A stretch of DNA of 64,000 bases from an uncultured bacterium (GCA_965112635.1 OZ218778.1:640001-704000), one strand, 5' to 3'. Shown: positions 1 to 9,870, numbered from the stretch's first letter. The notes: a model not told the origin generated them from the letters alone. Made by a program: numbers and translations.

Positions 1-139
1 TTCCCGCCTGGGGAACTCTTTTTTTGTTCTTTTTTCCGCCCAGCAGTCCCAGGGAACGCAAAAGGATGAAGGCCAGGAACAGCCAGATGATCTTGAGCTT
101 TAAAAGTATCAGTAGGATGAGGGTCAGGGTATGTCCCAT
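1..139 (-). CDS. Small membrane protein, runs off the window edge (MGHTLTLILLILLKLKIIWLFLAFILLRSLGLLGGKKNKK...)
   Basis: ATG at 139-137 overlaps the ybjQ stop (TAATG); hydrophobic segment followed by a basic stretch. Confidence 0.6.
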   Translation of the reverse strand, partial: MGHTLTLILLILLKLKIIWLFLAFILLRSLGLLGGKKNKKRVPQAG

Positions 140-501
140 TATTTGGACTCCTTGACCGTGACGGCCGTGCCATAGGCCAGGACTTCGGTGACGCCGGGCG
201 AGATCTCAGTGGCGTCGTAGCGCATTCCGATGATGGCGTTGGCGCCGATCTCGGCCGCGTGCTCGCACATCAGTTCAAAAGCCTCCTGCCGGGCCTGTTC
301 GCACAGTTCGGTATAGATGGTGATATTGCCGCCGAAGAACTGCTGGAAACCGGCGGCCATGTTGCCCAACGCGCCTCTCGAACGCACCGTGATACCGCGC
401 ACGATCCCGATATTATCCGCGATCTCGTACCCGGGCAAAACAAGCGTGGAGGTGACCATACCGTGCTCTACCCGTGCGACCGTCCTTTTGCTGTCAGCCA
501 T
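139..501 (-). CDS. YbjQ/UPF0145 family protein
   Basis: Motifs GIVRGITVRSR, GGNITIYTELCEQAR, GANAIIGMRYDA, EVLAYGTAV; GGAGG RBS upstream of ATG at 501. Confidence 0.92.
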   Translation of the reverse strand: MADSKRTVARVEHGMVTSTLVLPGYEIADNIGIVRGITVRSRGALGNMAAGFQQFFGGNITIYTELCEQARQEAFELMCEHAAEIGANAIIGMRYDATEISPGVTEVLAYGTAVTVKESK

Positions 502-599
502 AAAAAATCCTCCCTTGCATAAATTATTTCTTCCTACACAGCACCTAAATTCTAACCCCTGCCCCTCAAAACACAATGGCTGGGACGCCAACTAGTGTT

Positions 600-1181
600 T
601 TAGGGCATGGACCGGATGGCGGTGATAACCTCGGTTTCATGGCCCTGGGGATTGACCTGGGGGAATATCCTGGCAATGCGGCCTTCTTTATCAATGATAA
701 AGGTGGTCCGCTCAATACCCATGTACTTTTTCCCCTGGTACTCTTTTTGCTTATAAACCCCGTATTTTTTGCACACCTTGGCGTCCGTATCGCTCAGTAA
801 AGTGAAAGGCAAATTGAACTTTTTGATGAACTGGGTATGGGATTCCAGGTTGTCCATGCTGACCCCCAGGACCACCGCGCCCTGGCCTTGGATCTCTTTG
901 ATCCCGTCCCTAAACCCGCAGGCTTCCGTGGTACACCCCGGCGTATCATCTTTGGGATAAAAATACAGGACCACGATTTGTTTTTTAAAGTCTTTGAGCG
1001 AGAGTTTTTTGCCCTGGCTGGAAGGCAAACTGAAATCCGGCGCTTTTTTGCCCACCACTATCTTCTGCTCTTTTTCTTTTGACTGTGTCATACTCCCTCC
1101 TTTTGATAGGGCTGATACAGAGTTGGTTAATGCCGCTCCTCCCAGCATCAGCAAAGCAACGGCCCATATTTTCGTTTTCAT
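600..1181 (-). CDS. bcp: Peroxiredoxin BCP/PrxQ with N-terminal signal peptide
   Basis: LYFYPKDDTPGCTTEACGFRD active site, ERTTFII; GAGGAG RBS before ATG at 1181. Confidence 0.93.
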   Translation of the reverse strand: MKTKIWAVALLMLGGAALTNSVSALSKGGSMTQSKEKEQKIVVGKKAPDFSLPSSQGKKLSLKDFKKQIVVLYFYPKDDTPGCTTEACGFRDGIKEIQGQGAVVLGVSMDNLESHTQFIKKFNLPFTLLSDTDAKVCKKYGVYKQKEYQGKKYMGIERTTFIIDKEGRIARIFPQVNPQGHETEVITAIRSMP

Positions 1182-1279
1182 TTTCTCCTCCTCATTGAAA
1201 CTGATAGCGTCGCAACTCCCTGCGGAGTTGTGACATAACAACCTGCTGAATGACTGTTATTAAAGTTGCCAACAGGTTG

Positions 1280-2449
1280 TTAATACCTCGGCACGGACGG
1301 GTCAATTTTTTTGGACCAGGCGTCAATGCCTCCTATTAGATTCTTGACCCTGGTTAAACTCTGGCGCTTTAAAAATTTCATAGCCTGACTGCTCCGGTTG
1401 CCGTGATGGCAGTAAACCACGATCTCTTTGGAACCATCCAATTCCTCATAACTCTCACCTATCTTGCTCAGGGGCAAAAGAACTGAACCTTCAATACGGC
1501 AAATTTCATATTCATGAGACTCCCGCACATCCACCAACAAAAACTTTTCCTTGCGGTCCAGTTTGGCTTTCAACTCTTCCGGTGTGATGTCGGTAGATTC
1601 GTCTTTGGGTTTTTCCTGCACAACCGGAGTTGCGCTCCCGTAATATTTGGCCAGGGTGGTCAGGTCTTTGAGCACGGGATTATCTCCGCATACTGGACAC
1701 TGGGGATTTTTTTCCAGTTTGACCTCTTTGAATTTCATTTCCAGGCTGTCAAACAATAGCAGCCTGCCGACCAGAGGCTTGCCGATATTGAGCAGAAGTT
1801 TGATGGCCTCTCCGGCCTGGATGAGGCCGAGAATTCCCGGCACCACGCCCAGCACTCCGGCCACCGAACAGCTCCCGTCTCCGGCCGGAGGCTCCGGATA
1901 CAAACAGCGGTAGCAGGGGCCGTGCTCGGCGTCATAAACCGTGACCTGGCCCTGGAATTTGGAAACTCCGGCATCCACCATTGGCTTTTTCAATAGAGCG
2001 CAGGCGTCATTGACCAGATAACGCGTGGGATAGTTGTCCGAACCGTTTATGATGACATCATAGGTTTTGAATATATCTAAAGCGTTTTGGCTGGTCAGGC
2101 GGTCGCCATAGGTCTCGATCTCAATATCAGGATTAAGGGCCAGCAGTGTTTTTTTAGCTGTGGCTGTTTTGGACTTTCCTCTGTCTTTGTCCGCGTAAAG
2201 CACCTGCCTCTGCAGGTTGCTAATATCCACTTTATCGTCATCAATGAGGCCTAAATTTCCCACTCCCGCGGCAGCGAGATATAGCGCGGCGGGTGAGCCC
2301 AGCCCTCCCACGCCCACCATAAGCACCCTTCCTGCTTTGAGTTTGAGCTGGCCTGTTTTGCCTATCTCCGGCAAAATCAGATGCCTGCGGTACCGGGCTA
2401 TTTCATTTTTGGACAGTTCATTGAGATCATCTTTCCTAAAAAATCCCAT
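1280..2449 (-). CDS. moeB: MoeB/ThiF adenylyltransferase fused to a rhodanese domain (MoeZ/MoeBR type)
   Basis: RYRRHLIL, GVGGLGS, SNLQRQ, CYRC and CPVC zinc motifs, C-terminal rhodanese YCHHGNRS and GGIDAWS. Confidence 0.93.
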   Translation of the reverse strand: MGFFRKDDLNELSKNEIARYRRHLILPEIGKTGQLKLKAGRVLMVGVGGLGSPAALYLAAAGVGNLGLIDDDKVDISNLQRQVLYADKDRGKSKTATAKKTLLALNPDIEIETYGDRLTSQNALDIFKTYDVIINGSDNYPTRYLVNDACALLKKPMVDAGVSKFQGQVTVYDAEHGPCYRCLYPEPPAGDGSCSVAGVLGVVPGILGLIQAGEAIKLLLNIGKPLVGRLLLFDSLEMKFKEVKLEKNPQCPVCGDNPVLKDLTTLAKYYGSATPVVQEKPKDESTDITPEELKAKLDRKEKFLLVDVRESHEYEICRIEGSVLLPLSKIGESYEELDGSKEIVVYCHHGNRSSQAMKFLKRQSLTRVKNLIGGIDAWSKKIDPSVPRY

Positions 2450-2582
2450 AATGTCTCCTTAACAGGCTGCTGAATTATTTAAATAATAGTCCTTTAGCAG
2501 CCTGTTACACGAGTTCATACTCGCATGCATGAGCATGTCGCAAAGCCAAAGGGATTTGCGATGCTTTCAACTACACTAACTC

Positions 2583-2653
2583 TGCCAAAAATGCTTTTTG
2601 GCATAAAACCATCCGAACAGAAACGCATTATCACAATAATGCGGATGGTTTTA
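2583..2653 (+). repeat. Copy A of a short structured element with a variable segment complementary to the flanking site
   Basis: tgccaaaaa-tgc-tttttggca hairpin, taaaaccatccg, AGAAACGC, AT-rich spacer, then cggatggtttta (reverse complement of the variable segment). Confidence 0.7.
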
Positions 2654-2956
2654 CCACAACCCCAGCTGGTTCTTGGCTTCCTCGCTGGCCATGGTGGCCG
2701 GATCCCACGGCGGGTCGAACACGATTTCCACGGTCGCGCTTTTGACCCCCGCCACGCTTTCCGCGGCATTGCGTGCGTTTTGCTGGAATTCCGGAGCAAT
2801 GGGGCAAAAAGGCGTGGTCAGGGTCATCTTGACGGCCACATCGCCCTCATCGTTCACCTTGACCTCATAGACCAGCCCCAGGCTGACGATGTCCAGATGG
2901 AGTTCGGGATCAACGACCTTTTTCAGGGCTTCCCTGACCTGTGCCTCGGTGACCAT
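2651..2956 (-). CDS. sufT: Fe-S cluster assembly protein SufT / DUF59
   Basis: VVDPELHLDIVSLGLVY, MTLTTPFCP, VFDPPW motifs; last gene of the suf cluster. Confidence 0.9.
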   Translation of the reverse strand: MVTEAQVREALKKVVDPELHLDIVSLGLVYEVKVNDEGDVAVKMTLTTPFCPIAPEFQQNARNAAESVAGVKSATVEIVFDPPWDPATMASEEAKNQLGLW

Positions 2957-2958
2957 GT

Positions 2959-3408
2959 TCAGCCTCCGTTCTTTCCTTTTTGGCCGTAGTTTTCTATCCC
3001 CTGCTTGAGAGTATGCCAGGCCAGGGTGACGCATTTGACCCGGCCCGGAAATTTCCTGGCTCCCTTGAGCGCCTCGATATCGCCGTCCCAGCCCGGGATA
3101 TCCTGGCCCTGCATCATTTGCTGCAGTTGTTCAATAAGACCCAGGGCCTCCTTAAGTTCTTTGCCTTTGACCATGTCGGTCATGATGGAACCGGACGCCT
3201 GGCTGATGGCGCATCCCCGGCCGCTGCAGGATATCTGTTCGATGCGCCCGTCCTTGAGGCTGGCCTGCACCGAGAGGGTGTCCCCGCAAAGGGGGTTGTT
3301 GCCCTCCGCGGACAGGTCCGGCCGGCTCAGCCGCTCGTGGTTATGCGGCTCCTTGAAATGGTCCAGGATGACCTCCCGATAGAGGTCCGTGATCTCTTGG
3401 TCAGCCAC
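2959..3408 (-). CDS. sufU: SUF system NifU-family sulfur transfer protein SufU
   Basis: LYREVILDH, NPLCGD, GCAISQAS, RVKCVTLAW. Confidence 0.95.
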   Translation of the reverse strand: MADQEITDLYREVILDHFKEPHNHERLSRPDLSAEGNNPLCGDTLSVQASLKDGRIEQISCSGRGCAISQASGSIMTDMVKGKELKEALGLIEQLQQMMQGQDIPGWDGDIEALKGARKFPGRVKCVTLAWHTLKQGIENYGQKGKNGG

Positions 3409-4630
3409 GTTTGAAAAACTCCTTTGTCTTTTTGATCGCCTCGACGAGCTGGTCCACTTCCCTGAGCTTGTTATACAGGTAAAAGCTGGCCCTCGCCGTG
3501 GAGGCTACTCCCAGGACGCTCATCAAAGGCTGGGCGCAATGGTGCCCGGCCCGGATGGCGATGCCCTCCTGGTCCAAAACCGTGCCCACGTCATGGGCAT
3601 GGACCCCGTCAATATTAAAGGAAACGATCCCGCTCCGCTTGACCGCTTCCCTCGGCCCGTAAAGCGTCACTCCGGGGATGCGGCCGATCTGGTTCAGGGC
3701 GTATTCGGTCAGGTCTATCTCGTGCTCATGAATGGCATCGATCCCGACTTTTTTGATGTAATCAATGGCCGCCCCAAGGCCGATAACGCTGCTGATGGCC
3801 ATGGTGCCCGCTTCGAACTTATAGGGGACCTCGTTCCAGGTTGACTGCTCCCATTTGACTTCTAATATCATGTGACCCCCTCCGGTCATGGGTTCCATCT
3901 TATCCAGCAAATCTTTCCTGCCCCATAAGACGCCTGCCCCGGTCGGTCCCAGCATTTTATGTCCGGAAAAGGCCAGAAAGTCGGCTCCCAGGGCCACTAC
4001 ATCCACCAGCTGGTGCGGCACGCTCTGGGCGGCATCCACCAAAAGCAATGAACCGTTCTTGTGGATGGCTGGCGACAGGCACTCTACGGCGTTCAGGGTC
4101 CCCAGCACGTTGGAGACCTGGCACATGGCCACCATTTTGACTTGGGGGGTGAGTAAAGATTTAAAGTGGTTATAATCCAGTTCGCCCTTGGCTGTGATCT
4201 GGCAATATTTGAGTTTGGCCTGCTTTTCCTTGGCCACCATCTGCCAGGGCACGATATTGCTGTGGTGTTCCATCTGGGTCAGCAGGATCTCGTCCCCGGG
4301 TTTGAGGTTCTGGCCTCCCCAGGACTGCGCGACCAGGTTGATGGACTCCGTGGTGCCCCTAGTGAAAATGACCTCTTTAGGGCTGGGGGCATGGATAAAA
4401 TCCGCCACTTTTTCCCTTGTCTCTTCAAAGGCAGCGGTCGCTTCCTCGCTCAAAGTATGGATGCCCCGGTGGATATTGGAGTTGTAATTCTTGTAATAGT
4501 TCGACACCGCCTCGATGACGGAAAGCGGCTTTTGCGAAGTCGCCGCGTTATCCAGATAAACCAGCGGCTTTCCATGGACCTGCCTTTCCAATATCGGGAA
4601 ATCATCCCTTATTGTTTTCACATCCAACAT
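3401..4630 (-). CDS. sufS: Cysteine desulfurase SufS
   Basis: YLDNAATSQKP, SGHKMLGPTG (PLP lysine), IRAGHHCAQP, RASFYLYN. Confidence 0.97.
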   Translation of the reverse strand: MLDVKTIRDDFPILERQVHGKPLVYLDNAATSQKPLSVIEAVSNYYKNYNSNIHRGIHTLSEEATAAFEETREKVADFIHAPSPKEVIFTRGTTESINLVAQSWGGQNLKPGDEILLTQMEHHSNIVPWQMVAKEKQAKLKYCQITAKGELDYNHFKSLLTPQVKMVAMCQVSNVLGTLNAVECLSPAIHKNGSLLLVDAAQSVPHQLVDVVALGADFLAFSGHKMLGPTGAGVLWGRKDLLDKMEPMTGGGHMILEVKWEQSTWNEVPYKFEAGTMAISSVIGLGAAIDYIKKVGIDAIHEHEIDLTEYALNQIGRIPGVTLYGPREAVKRSGIVSFNIDGVHAHDVGTVLDQEGIAIRAGHHCAQPLMSVLGVASTARASFYLYNKLREVDQLVEAIKKTKEFFKRG

Positions 4631-4654
4631 AGCCGACTCCTTTCCTGCAACAAT

Positions 4655-5929
4655 TCAACTTAACCGGTCTAGTTTCTTTTGAATAATGGCGGTCATATCA
4701 TCTTTTAAACTCTGGCTGGGTGCTTGTCCGGCCACCGGCTGGAAAAACCCTTCTACTATCAGTCGTTTAGCGTCCGTGCTGGAAAGCCCCCGGCTCATCA
4801 AATAAAAAAGCTCATTGTCATCTAGGGGCCCCACGGTGGCGGCATGCTTGCAGTGCACGTCATTGGCCTCTATTTCCAGGATGGGAATGGAATCAGCCCC
4901 GGCCTGGCTGCTCAGTAAAAGATTGCGGTTGGTCTGGAAAGCCCGGCTTTGCTGGGCTCCTTTGGCGATGCGTACCGTGCCCATAAAAAAGTATTTGGCC
5001 TGGTCCATGACGCCGGTCTTAAAAAGCAGGTCGCTGGTGGTCTGGCCCGCCTGGTGGTCCTGCAGCACCTTGCAATGGACCTTTTGCTGGCCGCCGTCAA
5101 AAAACAATCCCAGTAGTTTGCTCTCGGCTCCGCTCTCCTTAAGACTGGTCTCAATGTCCAGCTGATGCAGCGCTCCCCCAAAAGAAAGGATTTGGGTCGT
5201 CACTTTGGCCTCCCTCTGCGCCCAAACGCGCAGGCAGCTCAACAGGATATCGGTCGCGCCCAGGTCCTGGAGCTGGACCCAATGGACCTGGCTAGCCGCC
5301 AAAGCGAACACTTCCGTGGCGCTGTGCACCAGGGACGCGCCCAGCCTGTGGCTGGATCGGAACCGCTCCACAAAGGTGACCCGGCTGCCCCTGTCCAGCA
5401 CCAGCAGGTTATGGGGACAATGGATCTTATCCGGCTGGTCCACCATAAATACGGATTCGACCGGCAGTTCCAGTTTGACTTCAGGCGGCACATACAAAAA
5501 TTTGCCGTTGTCCCAAAAAGCCGTATGCAGAGCCAGCAGCCTGGATCTCCCGGTTGCCAGGGCTTGCATAAGATAATTGCGGACCAGGTCAGGGTGATCC
5601 CGCATGGCTTGTCTCAGACTTGTGAAGATCACTCCCTGGGGCAGGTTCTGCGGCGCATTTTCCATGTCCCCAGTCCCAGTCCCGGTTTCAACAGCCCAAG
5701 CCAGGTTCTCGGTGAAGAGCCCGGGGATATCGATTTTTTTCCACTCGGTCTGGCGCCGGTTCGGCCAGGCCAGGCTCAAAACATTTTCCCAGGCCTGCCA
5801 CCGCTTCTGCCGGGCCCATTCCGGTTCTTTATAGGACTCCGCGATCTTCCCTGACTGTTCCCTGGTAAAGATGAGGGGCAGGCCGCGGTCCGTGTCGCTC
5901 TCGTTCGTCTCTCTTAAAACTTCTGCCAT
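4655..5929 (-). CDS. sufD: Fe-S cluster assembly protein SufD
   Basis: SufBD-type C-terminus QTNRNLLLS...PILEIEANDVHCKHAATVG...LFYLMSRG; GGGAG RBS before ATG at 5929. Confidence 0.92.
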   Translation of the reverse strand: MAEVLRETNESDTDRGLPLIFTREQSGKIAESYKEPEWARQKRWQAWENVLSLAWPNRRQTEWKKIDIPGLFTENLAWAVETGTGTGDMENAPQNLPQGVIFTSLRQAMRDHPDLVRNYLMQALATGRSRLLALHTAFWDNGKFLYVPPEVKLELPVESVFMVDQPDKIHCPHNLLVLDRGSRVTFVERFRSSHRLGASLVHSATEVFALAASQVHWVQLQDLGATDILLSCLRVWAQREAKVTTQILSFGGALHQLDIETSLKESGAESKLLGLFFDGGQQKVHCKVLQDHQAGQTTSDLLFKTGVMDQAKYFFMGTVRIAKGAQQSRAFQTNRNLLLSSQAGADSIPILEIEANDVHCKHAATVGPLDDNELFYLMSRGLSSTDAKRLIVEGFFQPVAGQAPSQSLKDDMTAIIQKKLDRLS

Positions 5930-5948
5930 AACTCCCCCGATTTTAAGT

Positions 5949-7355
5949 TCATCCGACTGCTCCTTCCAGCTGCAGGTCAATGAGGCGGTTGAGCTCCACG
6001 GCATACTCCATGGGAAGCTCCTTGGCCACCGGTTCGATGAATCCGTTGACAATCATTTTCATGGCTTCGGCCTCGGTGAGCCCCCGGCTCATCAGGTAAA
6101 AGAGCTGGTCGTCCCCCACCTTGCTTACCACGGCTTCATGCCCGATGTTGACCTGGTCTTCGTCTATCTCCAGGGTGGGGTAGGTGTCGGACCTGGACTT
6201 GTCGTCCAGGATCAGGGCGTCGCAGCGCACCATGGATTTGGAACCCTCGGCCCCGGCTAGGACCTTTAAAAGCCCGCGAAAGCTGGACCTGCCGCCGTCC
6301 TTGCTGATGGACTTGGAGATGATCTGGGAAGTGGTGTGCGGCGCCATATGGATGACCTTGGCTCCCGCGTCCTGGTGCTGTCCTTCGCCGGCAAAGGCGA
6401 TGGACAAAACCTCCGCCTTGGCCCCGGGTTCTTTGAGGTAAACGCAGGGGTATTTCATGGTCAGCTTGCTGCCCAGGTTGCCGTCCACCCACTCCACGGT
6501 CGCCCCCTCGTAGGCCACCGACCGTTTGGTGACCAGGTTATAGACATTGGTGGACCAGTTCTGGATGGTCGTATAGCGCGCCCGGGCGTACTTTTTGACG
6601 ATGACCTCCACTACGGCCGCGTGCAAAGAATCCGACCGGTAAATGGGCGCCGTACAGCCCTCGACATAGTGCACAAAAGCCCCTTCCTCCACGATGATGA
6701 GGGTCCTCTCGAACTGCCCCATATTGGAGGCATTGATACGGAAATAGGCCTGCAAAGGAATGCTGACCTTGACCCCCTTGGGCACATAGATGAAAGTGCC
6801 GCCGCTCCACACGGCGCTATTTAGGGCTGAAAATTTATTGTCTCCGGCAGGGACCAAGGTCCCGAAATACTCCCGGAAAAGGTCCGGGTACTGTTTGAGC
6901 CCCTCGTCCGCGCTCAAAAAGATCACGCCCTGCTTGGAGAGCTCCTGGTTGATATTGTGGTAAACCATTTCTGAGTCGTACTGTGCCCCCATCCCCGCTA
7001 AAAATTTGCGCTCCGCCTCCGGGATGCCCAGGCGGTCAAAGGTTTTTTTGATATTGGCCGGCACGTCTTCCCAGGACTTTTTGGAACCATCCGAAGGTTT
7101 CAAATAGTAGTAGATATCGTCAAAATCGATGTGCGAAAGGTCTCCTCCCCACTGAGGCATCGGCTTTTTGAGGAATATCTCCAGGGCTTTGAGGCGGTAT
7201 TGCCTCATCCACTCCGGCTCGCCTTTGATACTGGAAATCTCTTCGACAACACCGGCCGTCAATCCCTTGGGAGAGCGGAATACCGACGCCTCCGCGTCCT
7301 GAAAACCGTATTTGTACTTTTCCATAATTTGAGCTTGTTTTTCTGGAGACTCCAT
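5949..7355 (-). CDS. sufB: Fe-S cluster assembly protein SufB
   Basis: [49 protein letters not shown]. Confidence 0.97.
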   Translation of the reverse strand: MESPEKQAQIMEKYKYGFQDAEASVFRSPKGLTAGVVEEISSIKGEPEWMRQYRLKALEIFLKKPMPQWGGDLSHIDFDDIYYYLKPSDGSKKSWEDVPANIKKTFDRLGIPEAERKFLAGMGAQYDSEMVYHNINQELSKQGVIFLSADEGLKQYPDLFREYFGTLVPAGDNKFSALNSAVWSGGTFIYVPKGVKVSIPLQAYFRINASNMGQFERTLIIVEEGAFVHYVEGCTAPIYRSDSLHAAVVEVIVKKYARARYTTIQNWSTNVYNLVTKRSVAYEGATVEWVDGNLGSKLTMKYPCVYLKEPGAKAEVLSIAFAGEGQHQDAGAKVIHMAPHTTSQIISKSISKDGGRSSFRGLLKVLAGAEGSKSMVRCDALILDDKSRSDTYPTLEIDEDQVNIGHEAVVSKVGDDQLFYLMSRGLTEAEAMKMIVNGFIEPVAKELPMEYAVELNRLIDLQLEGAVG

Positions 7356-7363
7356 ACTCCCTC

Positions 7364-8107
7364 TTACTTTCCTTCGCCGACAATATGCTCGTAACCTTTT
7401 TCTTCCACTTCTAGGGCCAGCTCCTTGCCTCCGGAACGCACGATCCGCCCGTCCATCATAATGTGGACAAAATCCGGTTTGATATAATTCAGAAGGCGCT
7501 GGTAATGGGTAATGACCAAAACCCCCAGGCCTGGATTGAGCAGCTTATTGACCCCTTCGGCCACGGTCCGCAAGGCGTCCACATCCAGACCGGAGTCAGG
7601 TTCGTCCAGGATGGCCAGCTGCGGTTCCAGGAGGGCCATCTGCAGGACCTCGGCCCTTTTTTTCTCGCCGCCCGAAAAACCCTCGTTGATGTACCGGGTG
7701 GCAAAGCTTTCTTCCATCTGCAAAAGCTTCATGCGCTCTTTGAAATTTTTCCTAAAACCAGCCGGATCGAATTTTGTCCCCAGCTTGGACTTGACCGCCA
7801 AACGCATGAAGTTGGCCATGGAAACTCCGGGGATCTCCAGAGGGTACTGGAAGGCCAAGAACAACCCCCTCTTCGCCCTCTCGTTCACCGGCAGGGCGAG
7901 GATATCCTCGCCCTTGAGCAGGACCTGGCCTGAGGTCACTTGGTATTTCGGATGGCCCATCAGGGTATTGGCCAGGGTGCTTTTACCCGAACCGTTGCGG
8001 CCCATCAAGGCGTTCACAGCCCCTGCCTCGAGGGTCAAGTCTATCCCTTTGAGGATCTCCTTGCCTTCGACCTGCACCCGCAGGTTCTTGATCTCAAGAA
8101 GCTTCAC
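7364..8107 (-). CDS. sufC: Fe-S cluster assembly ATPase SufC
   Basis: Walker [44 protein letters not shown]. Confidence 0.97.
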   Translation of the reverse strand: MKLLEIKNLRVQVEGKEILKGIDLTLEAGAVNALMGRNGSGKSTLANTLMGHPKYQVTSGQVLLKGEDILALPVNERAKRGLFLAFQYPLEIPGVSMANFMRLAVKSKLGTKFDPAGFRKNFKERMKLLQMEESFATRYINEGFSGGEKKRAEVLQMALLEPQLAILDEPDSGLDVDALRTVAEGVNKLLNPGLGVLVITHYQRLLNYIKPDFVHIMMDGRIVRSGGKELALEVEEKGYEHIVGEGK

Positions 8108-8128
8108 GTTCTCTCCCTTCCTGGATAA

Positions 8129-8626
8129 TCAGCTTGTGGTCTCCTGCATGTATTTATGGAAAGCTTCCTTGACGAACTGGTCCGCGTTAGCCTCGTTTTC
8201 CAGGAACTGTTTGAGGGTGATATGGCTCATGGCGCCGTAAAGGTATTTGGAAAGCGTGAGCCATAAGGGCCGGACCATGCAGCCGGCTTTTCGCACGCAC
8301 TCGCCGTGCAACCCGCTGTAGCGGTTGCAAAATTTTTCCGTCAAGGTTTTTTCCTCTTCGGCCAGGGAGCCGTCCAGGGCCTGCATGATCTGGGCCACGG
8401 TCACATCCTCAGGCGGACGGATGAGCCTGAAACCGCCCTTAGACCCCCGGACACTGGTGACCAACCCGGCCTTTCTCAGGCTGGTGACCAGTTTGGTGGC
8501 ATAGTGCAGGGAGATCTGCTCCAGTTGGGCTATCTCCCTTAAAGAAACCGACTTGCCTTCCTGTTCCCGTCGGGCTACATGGAGCAGGCATCTGAGCCCA
8601 TATTCTTCTATCGCCGTTATCTTCAT
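8129..8626 (-). CDS. Rrf2-family transcriptional regulator (IscR-like, three Cys)
   Basis: EEYGLRCLL, SVRGSKGGFRL, C-terminal FC...EC...GC..RPLW; first gene of the suf operon. Confidence 0.92.
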   Translation of the reverse strand: MKITAIEEYGLRCLLHVARREQEGKSVSLREIAQLEQISLHYATKLVTSLRKAGLVTSVRGSKGGFRLIRPPEDVTVAQIMQALDGSLAEEEKTLTEKFCNRYSGLHGECVRKAGCMVRPLWLTLSKYLYGAMSHITLKQFLENEANADQFVKEAFHKYMQETTS

Positions 8627-8677
8627 ATAACAGCCCTTTTCTTAATCTTTACTATTCTGTACCTGTATTAAGGATAT

Positions 8678-8703
8678 AATACCTTACTATTTTGTCAAGT
8701 ATT
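8678..8703 (-). promoter_or_regulatory. Sigma70 promoter overlapped by an IscR/Rrf2-type imperfect palindrome
   Basis: Minus strand AATACTTGAC-AAAATA-GTAAGGTATT (8 of 10 arm positions pair); contains TTGACA, with TATCCT 16 nt downstream. Confidence 0.65.
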
Positions 8704-8779
8704 TAAAAAATTGACTATAACTGCAATAAAACTGGGGTTTGGGGGATTGAGTTGCCGTAGCTGAAAGCTTGGAAAAAAA

Positions 8780-9445
8780 TTAGTTAAAGGCTACCTTTTG
8801 CCTGAACCGTATCATTTCCAGTCTCTGCTTTTCCTGGTCCAGGAATTTCATTTCTTTTTCCAGCCTCATTTGGACAGTAGGCAACTCCAAGAGGTTCTGT
8901 TTATCCTCCAGCTCCAAGGGCAGGACATGCCCCATCCAGTAGGAAAGCCCTATAGGCGAGTTGGGGACCTGGGGGTTTTGCAGAACCTGGCCCGTGACAT
9001 TGGTGAAAAGGTGCAAAAGGGCCTTATTGCCATCGCTGACCTGCTGGTAGAGTTTGGCTACGGCATCTTTATCCCCTGTGGGTTCTGGCTGGAGCCCTAC
9101 TTCAGCCTTGAAATAGGGTTTTTGCTGGAAAATCTCCAGGATCCTGAAACGCTGGCCTCCCCGGACTTCGATCTTGGTCTCCCCTTTTTTGTCCACTGTG
9201 CTTTTAGTGATATTGGCCAGGGTGCCGATGAGGTAAAGCTCCGCCGCCGGATCTGCGGGGGCGCCTTCTTTGACTCCCTTGAGGAGGACCACCCCGAAAG
9301 GCGCCTTCTTTCTCATGCACTCTTTGACCATGAGTTTATAGCGGGCCTCAAAGATGTACAAAGACAGGTTCATCTTGGGGAAAAGCACTGTTTGCAGAGG
9401 GAACAAAGGGATATTCATTCTTTTGCTTTTTTTCATCATGTTCAT
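8780..9445 (-). CDS. Stand-alone Lon peptidase N-terminal (substrate-binding) domain protein
   Basis: IPLFPL.TVLFP...LYIFEARYKLMV, GGQRFRI, KQNLLE...RLE; no AAA or protease domain. Confidence 0.88.
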   Translation of the reverse strand: MNMMKKSKRMNIPLFPLQTVLFPKMNLSLYIFEARYKLMVKECMRKKAPFGVVLLKGVKEGAPADPAAELYLIGTLANITKSTVDKKGETKIEVRGGQRFRILEIFQQKPYFKAEVGLQPEPTGDKDAVAKLYQQVSDGNKALLHLFTNVTGQVLQNPQVPNSPIGLSYWMGHVLPLELEDKQNLLELPTVQMRLEKEMKFLDQEKQRLEMIRFRQKVAFN

Positions 9446-9497
9446 GGCTCCGTGACGCTCATTTTGGTCGTACCTGAATACTAACAAAAGTCTGGAT

Positions 9498-9830
9498 CTA
9501 TTCTGAATACTCCGCCCACTTGCCTTCCCCTTCCCACACTTTAACGCTGAAGAGGAGCGGCAGTTTTTTCTTCAAATCTTGATAAATGGACTCACTGATA
9601 TTTTCGCAAGAGGGATATTTCAGGATATTGTTCAAAAGAACATGGTCGTATTTTTTAAGGACGCTTTGGACGACCGCTTTGACGGCAATGAAATCCTGCA
9701 CCATGCCTTTTTGCTTTTTTCCTTCCAGCACGACCTCCACCTTGTAGGTGTGGCCATGAGGACTGCTGCAGTTGTCATGGTCCGGCAGATAGTGACTGCT
9801 GTCAAAGTGGTCTTCGACCCCGATTCTCAT
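9498..9830 (-). CDS. queD: 6-carboxytetrahydropterin synthase (QueD/PTPS family)
   Basis: FDSSHYL, C..PHGHTY, DH.LLN, PSCEN, VWE. Confidence 0.88.
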   Translation of the reverse strand: MRIGVEDHFDSSHYLPDHDNCSSPHGHTYKVEVVLEGKKQKGMVQDFIAVKAVVQSVLKKYDHVLLNNILKYPSCENISESIYQDLKKKLPLLFSVKVWEGEGKWAEYSE

Positions 9831-9870
9831 GCCATCAACTCCCCTGCGGCCGTCATGAATGTCTCTGTAT

